Shown here piece after piece: positions 58,401 to 64,000 of a DNA stretch of 64,000 bases. Source of the DNA: an archaeon (GTDB lineage: Archaea > Asgardarchaeota > Thorarchaeia > Thorarchaeales > Thorarchaeaceae); the NCBI GenBank assembly GCA_024276825.1, contig JAJRWI010000009.1, forward strand, positions 1 to 64,000. Direction: 5' to 3'. Under the pieces are notes generated by a model. That model searched no databases, was not told the DNA's origin, and saw only the letters and a list, made by a program, of their open reading frames with translations. Every line of letters starts with the position of its first letter. Positions within the stretch are counted from its first letter, which is position 1. Made by a program: the position numbers and the translations under genes.

Positions 58401-61246
58401 ATGCTTGACCAGAACCATTCAGAGATAAGAAGCACATTATCAAGTCCAACCCTGACGAGTTGGAATGTTGGTTCGTAATTGAATGGAACTGTGTCATAAA
58501 GGTCGTAGGATATTGCTGGACTGGTACTGGTGTGTGCCACACCATCAATGTCGATCCAAATGTTATAGCCCTGTCCCATGTAATACATATAGTCGGGATA
58601 ATCCTGAGTTGTTAGGAATGACTCTCCCTCAACGGTTGATACATTGTAAATCCATAGCGAGTCAGTTGATGTGACATAGATGTTTGTGCCGTTGGTCAGC
58701 TCGTATCTATAGACATCCTTGCCATTTTCGTAGTCATAGTGGTCATAGAGGAACATTGCATCCCAAGTAGTTCCACTCCATGGGTCATAGTTCTCATAGA
58801 CTTTGACGGGCAACTTCTCATCATTGATCACAATGTATGGAGTCTCCTTGCCCATCAGATAGTCAGGACTCAGAGTTGAATTTGTAAATGCCAATTGATT
58901 CCATTCGACTGGATCGACATATACTCGCTCACCATTGTACTTGAAGCTCCAGACAAGTTCATCGTCCCAAGAGTATACCTGATGGAGACCATATTCACTT
59001 GAGTAATCAGTGTACCATGTATTGTTGAGCAGTCTCACATCCCACCAGTAGTTGGAGTCTGGGACATTCTGGGACATATTGACCAGAAACTCGTAGTATA
59101 GGTCTCCCCCATCAAACCATTTTGTGAAATTCGAAACAACTGCAAATGTTGTTGAAACTACTGTTTCTGGACCGCGCATATCAATCCATTCGGTCTGCCA
59201 TTCACCGGTCTTCTGGTTGTAGTACCACCATTGCCAGTGCCAGCCTTCTACTTCGGCCCAGTCCCAGTCAGTGTAATTGCCATAGGTCCACTCCCAGACA
59301 CCTGACATGGGGTTGAGCTCATAGTGCCATCCAGTCTTATTGACTTGCACCCAGTCCCAATAGGTCCCATAGGTGTAATTCATCTTCTCAGTGTAATTGT
59401 AAGCAGTCATGGTTGGAATGCCATTGTTGTCAAATCTGATTATGTATGCAAGGTTTGACCACCTGCTCTCAGTTTCGGTCCAGTAACCATCATAAGTATC
59501 TAGCTCAAGCTGGATGCCGTCAATGTCATCTGCATATTCACTTCCACCCTGAAGTCTAGTACGGACCATGAAATTCTCGCCCTTGTTAACTTGAAACATC
59601 CATGAGGAGGGTTCAGTACCGTCTCCTTCCAAGATTTTTGCAATAACGACAGGGCTCTCAATTGTGACCTGATGGGCAAGTTCAAACTCAGATGGTGATT
59701 GTCTTGCTGCATCACCCCAAGTAGCGGCGTCGAACCACTGGTCTTCAGTGCCTCTCACACGAGAGTCAAACCTGAAGGTATTGAAATCAGTGCTCTTTGG
59801 CATCTGATCCGTGAAGTGTCCAACAAAGTCGACCACAAGTTCTCCGTTAATTGTTGTGGCAGAACATAGAGTATCATTTAGCTCAAAGAGGACAATTCCT
59901 GAAGCATTCAGAGGCTCAAAGACGAAGATCTCTTTATTCCATGTATCTGGGATGTATTGGTCATATGGATAGCCATAGTAATCATAGCCGTAGTACGACT
60001 CAAAACTGTCAGTGGTTGCATTGTATATGTAGTAGAATTTCTTGTCAACCCAAGTGGTTGTATTGACAACTTCATAGACCCAAGTCTGAGACTGGTCATC
60101 CCAATACTCATTCAGGTAGGTGATGTTGACTTCTTGCCATGTTGAGAGATCAATCCATTCTCGGTCTTCGAACTCGCCAAATACATCCTTGACCGTCGTA
60201 ATGACAGCCGATGCATTCCACACATAAGTATCAAGTACTGGGTCGTACTCCCAACCTCCAGTTTCAGTGATTACTTCTTGATGCCAACCCGTTCGGTTCA
60301 CAGGAACAAACATTCCACCAGGTAGCTGAAATGAGAGCATCGCATAGGCAACATTCTCGCCAGTAATATTGAACCTCATCATGAAGTCCTTGTTTCTACT
60401 GACAGAGTAGATGGTGTCACCGGTTAGGTCTAATTTTTGCACGGTGTAGCTTCCACCCCATGACCATTTCCAAGCCAGGTCTGGTGACATTCCAATTGCA
60501 ACACCCTTGAACTCCCAGCCTGATCCAAAATTGTAAGAACCAATCCAATTGTAATCTGTATCAAGTACATTCAGGTTAATCTCATACAGACCCTTTGGCA
60601 CATAATTGTTAAAGATCACAACGACATCAGCATAATATGCCATGGAGTCGGTGTAGTTCTGGCAGTCTTCTCCCACAATATCGAGGAATGGAGGTTCAGG
60701 GTCTACACTCCCGGTCTCAGAATTGTTATATGTATAAGACCATGCATAGAATGGTTGCCATTCGTCTATTGGACTAAATCCGATTGTGAACCCTGCACTG
60801 AAATTCCAGTCGGGAGTAAGGTACCAAGCATTCAGTTCAACTCTTCCAAATTCTGAACCTTGAGTAAATACACCCATTGGTACTTCAAAATGAAAAGTGA
60901 CTTTCTCACCAATCACAATATACGAGTCTTTGGTGATTAGTGAGCCGTTCTCGTGATAAATCTCAACTGTTGGACTGGGCCCAAATAGCCAGTTACGACT
61001 GTCCCAGGTCCATTGGTCGCTAGTGCTGTTTGTTTCCTGCCGCCACCACACAAATGTACCGTTGTCTTCATTTTGAGAGATCTGTGGAATCATTTGTGGT
61101 GTGAGGATATATTCTGAAGGCGTGCTATTAAGTACGCTTTCTGAGGCTGGCAGTGATGCCATTCCTCCTGAATATATCATAGAAAACAGGAATATTGCAA
61201 CAGCGACTATAGAGATAAGTTTCTTATTACCCTTAGTCAGTTGCAT
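55418..61246 (-). CDS. Giant Trp/Tyr/Asp-rich cell-surface glycoprotein (1942 aa)
   Basis: Signal peptide, many NxS/T sequons, DLDGNLD and DQNNDSLMD Ca-loop-like motifs, Ig-like module, TM plus RRRR. Confidence 0.8.
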   Translation of the reverse strand: MQLTKGNKKLISIVAVAIFLFSMIYSGGMASLPASESVLNSTPSEYILTPQMIPQISQNEDNGTFVWWRQETNSTSDQWTWDSRNWLFGPSPTVEIYHENGSLITKDSYIVIGEKVTFHFEVPMGVFTQGSEFGRVELNAWYLTPDWNFSAGFTIGFSPIDEWQPFYAWSYTYNNSETGSVDPEPPFLDIVGEDCQNYTDSMAYYADVVVIFNNYVPKGLYEINLNVLDTDYNWIGSYNFGSGWEFKGVAIGMSPDLAWKWSWGGSYTVQKLDLTGDTIYSVSRNKDFMMRFNITGENVAYAMLSFQLPGGMFVPVNRTGWHQEVITETGGWEYDPVLDTYVWNASAVITTVKDVFGEFEDREWIDLSTWQEVNITYLNEYWDDQSQTWVYEVVNTTTWVDKKFYYIYNATTDSFESYYGYDYYGYPYDQYIPDTWNKEIFVFEPLNASGIVLFELNDTLCSATTINGELVVDFVGHFTDQMPKSTDFNTFRFDSRVRGTEDQWFDAATWGDAARQSPSEFELAHQVTIESPVVIAKILEGDGTEPSSWMFQVNKGENFMVRTRLQGGSEYADDIDGIQLELDTYDGYWTETESRWSNLAYIIRFDNNGIPTMTAYNYTEKMNYTYGTYWDWVQVNKTGWHYELNPMSGVWEWTYGNYTDWDWAEVEGWHWQWWYYNQKTGEWQTEWIDMRGPETVVSTTFAVVSNFTKWFDGGDLYYEFLVNMSQNVPDSNYWWDVRLLNNTWYTDYSSEYGLHQVYSWDDELVWSFKYNGERVYVDPVEWNQLAFTNSTLSPDYLMGKETPYIVINDEKLPVKVYENYDPWSGTTWDAMFLYDHYDYENGKDVYRYELTNGTNIYVTSTDSLWIYNVSTVEGESFLTTQDYPDYMYYMGQGYNIWIDIDGVAHTSTSPAISYDLYDTVPFNYEPTFQLVRVGLDNVLLISEWFWSSMNDTYIMIDNNGNYYTLIWDDGQGSYMAYINGTWEYVSYPLYYYYIDYNGTSSYFVNAWIHKFWYYEDSNGVKHEMPYPGANADWQWDLDHKETDGGKVPTTFSVMYNNVEYPVYNDTLGNYWVDINGTSYRLDQWFLRYTRANGTDIWEPATVGNFGSFGEYDINLGFHMLWNLSYMSPNGAYPAYDGNLDKYYINLMNGTTWLLNETYLFNIYKFNSTQGVFYSTETYPNWQSVGNESWYEFTTLNGTVLKFYDYSEFIIVDKYLAEAFYDSFTGEYFYSFMNESYSYYGWNYIYTYKVLNATYGGDLYMYFEVIPPEILEFNYKGSTVQAYPFKEMVNRQRFVYGYDVIYGPAPIEWPTYKNHHDFIIGEPKWGMWGVTAWTVNEDNGALDLDGNLDTTDDQYFVLEEYSSTDSWTHEWSWMDVGLKWDPNVTLYGDEINVHSWLGLNTFTWTYEWNQTFYWFHADDFTLLNSTEMQTVHDTLLSPEGDPMPGYWDIAWMAENVTWADLLQMAQENGWDWITSNEQTWTWMSFGIDQNYGTSYQDGDVDHWLGINLHYEFSGLMLWEDQNNDSLMDVDLNNPSDSELTHFFIPDYVGNVTFVTPGAAFGITDASGEMRVNLTDEVVWGVSFTDINGTTFPFLDFGYWGWYDSVVSGSDMRTFDERPTKVNIDEISFLVHFQGYINETDSLNNYATIKVDNYIGNWDVDMLGGRDNLENKSLALNYFADVNMEDFAFKANGTLTDQDMVVGADVFELETQNAKFAEMIMGGVTYDWGKNLSAPYDVVSYTTPAGTFRSAYQSDNGQSATAWSFTSTQFYVSIGFLNWDGYSVYQDPVFVAYVSNTGTSTAPGGVQFSGFSIYPEVPTSSDTVQVGVDILSQEDIMSVELQYSTDQFSWSSTQMSSYDGVHWVGEIPPYPDGTQVYYKVVVYTDSGTYESYVLSYIVGQGAVTTTTPGPGSEPVPGTSDTMIMLAGVGIVVLILAIVVMRRRR

Positions 61247-61447
61247 TTTTGAATCATCTCCTGCGCTTGATTTACATTAGTCCCAGCAGTTAGATATACG
61301 GTATGCTGCCTTAGTAAAATTGTAAATCGATTAGGCGCGCTTGACTACAATTCTATTACTATTTTACCTCACATTGTTTATAAAAAAATCCATGACATAT
61401 TTAGTCATGCTTTTTTTGAATAAGTAGTAATAAAAATCGAGGGGGAT

Positions 61448-61482
61448 AAAAAAGAAGGAAAAGGGGGCGGGGTATAACCCGC
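61448..61482 (-). terminator. Short hairpin plus pyrimidine tract
   Basis: gcggg-gtataa-cccgc then ccccttttccttctttttt on the minus strand. Confidence 0.45.
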
Positions 61483-61489
61483 ACACACC

Positions 61490-64000
61490 TTACTTTCGCA
61501 TTCTGACAACTATCAAGATGACAGCAATGGCCATCATGCCACCAAACCAAAGCATAATTGTTGTCAATAATGGCCCGCCAGTTTCTGGAGTCTCACCAGG
61601 GGTGGTTGTTGTAGTTGAAGTTATTGGGGGTGTTGTCTCCCCACTCACAGTGTAGCTGTTTATGGCAGAGTCAATGTAGTTCCCAGATGTATCGTAGGCT
61701 CGAATGTAGTACTCAACGAATGACCCTTCGGGTTGTGGTGGAATCTGAGCCGAGTACTGATCACCCACAGCTGTCATTGATACAGCAATCCAATCGCTCG
61801 AGTCAACTCTGTAGTAGAGTGTTGCATTATCAATTGCTATATCATCAGTAATTGTTGCAGTAATAGTGACAGTGTCGGACGATGTTGGATTCAGAATGTC
61901 TATTCCAATTGATGATATCTGGGGGCTGGTTGTATCTGCATCACTCACAAGATAGTGTCCTGTAGCGCTTGTTGTCTGCTGGTCAATAGTGTCAAAGGCC
62001 ACTATATAGAACTCCACATAGCTGCCATCGGCCTGTGCCGGAATCTGAGCGCTGTAAGTGTTTCCATCAGCAGTCATCGCAATTGATATCCAAGACCCAT
62101 TGTTCACTCTGTAGTAGAGAGTTGCATTCTTAACACCGAAGTCATCGAGAATCTGTACTGATACAGTGACAATATCAGAAGATGTTGGGCTAGTCGGTGA
62201 AATGGTTATTTCTCCGAGTCCTGGCGGAGTGTCTCCAGATGTTGAGAACATATAACTCTCTTCAGTGCTTGTTGCTATGTTGCCATCGCCATCAGTAGCA
62301 GTCACATAATAGAATACCCAAGTACCAGGTGCCTGATGTGGAATTATGTATTCGTATTGCAAGGTTTCACTATTGAAGGTCATATCAACAGTAGTTGAAA
62401 CACTGCTAATTGTATAGGTCAGTTGAACTGAATTAAGACCAGATCCGCCGACATCATTGACTGATGCCTCAATGAGGAGAGTTTCTGATTCAGTTCCAAC
62501 ATCTTGCGCTGTTGACGCCACTGACAGATACGGAGCGATTGCATCATTGAAATGATATGTTAGTGTCGATGACTGATCGTAGTTGTCTGCGTTATCATAG
62601 GCAATGATGATGTACTGGAGGTCGTATTCCATTCCTGATGTTCTAGCTATGGTGGCCTCGTATTTTCCTGTGGTGGCATTGTAGCTCATCAGGACATAGG
62701 TCTCGGTGTTGACAAGATATACCACAACCTGCTTGACTCCTGAACCACCTACATTGTCACTCACTGAAACTGATATCTTCATGTAGTTTGCATCAATCTT
62801 GATGACTGAGAGGTCACTGATAGTGGGCTTTTCAGGATCATTCCAGAATGTATGATGGTACACAATGGTCGAGTTCTCGTTGCCCGCATAGTCAGCAGCA
62901 ACAATCGTGTAGTTTAAGGTATAGGGATCAGTGCCTTGCATGCTCACTGAACCACGCCAGTCACCTGTATCGCCCTGATAAGTCAGAGTTGTGTTCTCCT
63001 TGGTGTCAACATTCATAACTTTTACTTCTTGGATTCCTGAGCCACCAATGTCACTTGCAGTGACGGTAAAGTCCAGCTGTTCCTTACTGTTGACAAAGTT
63101 CACATCCGTGTCGATTGAATCTATGGATGGCTTCTGATTATCATCAACTCCTTGAGAGGATGAATATCCCACAAAAACAGGGTCAACAATGACCTTGTAT
63201 CCATCCCACCACTTGAAGTTGATCAAGGTGTAGAAGTGTGACTCTGTCACCGTAAATGATGTTGCACTCTGACCCGAGTCAGAAGTATATGCAGACATGA
63301 ATGCACCATATGGGATTGTTTGAGAGTCTACAATTGTCGTGTTCAAAGATGGGTTCTTGGTCCAGATGTAATGAGCGCCACCAAGATTCATCGATGCCAC
63401 TTCTGAAGAACCAAGTGAAACATCGAATTTACTTGACTGCGAAGTATAATTGTTTGATGCTGGCTGACCATATTCATCAAGGAACTGCGTCTGCAGCAGG
63501 GATCCATTCACAGAGGTCATTGCGACTGAACTATAGAATCCGACACCAAGACTCCTATCATCAAGTACTGAGCGACCTCCTGGAGAATCAACTGTCCAGT
63601 CCCCAATGGTCAGGTTGAATTTGACTGAACCTTGGTTATTCTGAGTACCAGTTACGTTTCCTGTAAATGTCACTCCAATATCAAAGGTTTCTGTGGAGGC
63701 GGAGGTTGGACGTTCATCGAAACTGGAGAAACTCGAGTTTGTGTACTGACCCATGTACCAGTCCCAGTATGAGAATTCACCAAATGGGAACACAGTACCC
63801 GAAACATTCTGGAATGACACACCAAATGGCACTGACGCGTTCACTGGCCAGTACTCATCACCTGAAAGGCTTGAGTTTGGCCGTGTGAAGCTGATAGCAT
63901 CAATGCCTGATGGAATCCAGTAATGAGTGATCTCTGACGAGTCAGTATTATACTGGTCAAAGTCTAGAAGATCATTATTGTTTGTGTCGTTCCATGCGAA
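61490..64000 (-). CDS. Cell-surface protein, paralog of 55418-61246, with about five Ig-like modules; 5'-truncated by the window
   Basis: Frame is open to 64000 (FAWNDTNNNDLLD..SEITHYWIP matches LWEDQNNDSLMD..SELTHFFIP); shares FDERPT, SDxGQSAT and WDGY..DPVFV. Confidence 0.8.
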   Translation of the reverse strand, partial: FAWNDTNNNDLLDFDQYNTDSSEITHYWIPSGIDAISFTRPNSSLSGDEYWPVNASVPFGVSFQNVSGTVFPFGEFSYWDWYMGQYTNSSFSSFDERPTSASTETFDIGVTFTGNVTGTQNNQGSVKFNLTIGDWTVDSPGGRSVLDDRSLGVGFYSSVAMTSVNGSLLQTQFLDEYGQPASNNYTSQSSKFDVSLGSSEVASMNLGGAHYIWTKNPSLNTTIVDSQTIPYGAFMSAYTSDSGQSATSFTVTESHFYTLINFKWWDGYKVIVDPVFVGYSSSQGVDDNQKPSIDSIDTDVNFVNSKEQLDFTVTASDIGGSGIQEVKVMNVDTKENTTLTYQGDTGDWRGSVSMQGTDPYTLNYTIVAADYAGNENSTIVYHHTFWNDPEKPTISDLSVIKIDANYMKISVSVSDNVGGSGVKQVVVYLVNTETYVLMSYNATTGKYEATIARTSGMEYDLQYIIIAYDNADNYDQSSTLTYHFNDAIAPYLSVASTAQDVGTESETLLIEASVNDVGGSGLNSVQLTYTISSVSTTVDMTFNSETLQYEYIIPHQAPGTWVFYYVTATDGDGNIATSTEESYMFSTSGDTPPGLGEITISPTSPTSSDIVTVSVQILDDFGVKNATLYYRVNNGSWISIAMTADGNTYSAQIPAQADGSYVEFYIVAFDTIDQQTTSATGHYLVSDADTTSPQISSIGIDILNPTSSDTVTITATITDDIAIDNATLYYRVDSSDWIAVSMTAVGDQYSAQIPPQPEGSFVEYYIRAYDTSGNYIDSAINSYTVSGETTPPITSTTTTTPGETPETGGPLLTTIMLWFGGMMAIAVILIVVRMRK

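Overview
Archaeal chromosomal window, probably an Asgard archaeon of Thorarchaeia type. This is an inference from the archaeal ATPase, AcdA and geranylgeranyl reductase, GGTGA-type SD sites, bacterial-type MutS/MutL, and large glycoproteins with Thr linkers and C-terminal TM anchors. The centrepiece (20.0-39.5 kb) is a complex I-like respiratory locus with no NuoEFG or FpoF in the window. NuoB is fused to a GlcD/D-lactate-dehydrogenase-family FAD domain. There are four antiporter-like subunits (M-L-M-N), and NuoL has a 26-aa duplication in its lateral helix. A divergent HdrD/GlcF-like CCG protein follows, then menA, a long-chain prenyl synthase and a geranylgeranyl reductase. Also present: four related cell-surface proteins, a 2252-aa polytopic membrane protein, a macro plus degenerate-macro pair, mutS/rpe/tal/mutL, three broken toxin-antitoxin genes not correctly called by the ORF track (HEPN, VapC, HicA), hairpin+U-tract terminators, and a candidate structured RNA upstream of a cation:proton antiporter. 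No rRNA, tRNA, CRISPR array or transposase was recognised. All calls come from reading motifs by eye; no database searches were run.
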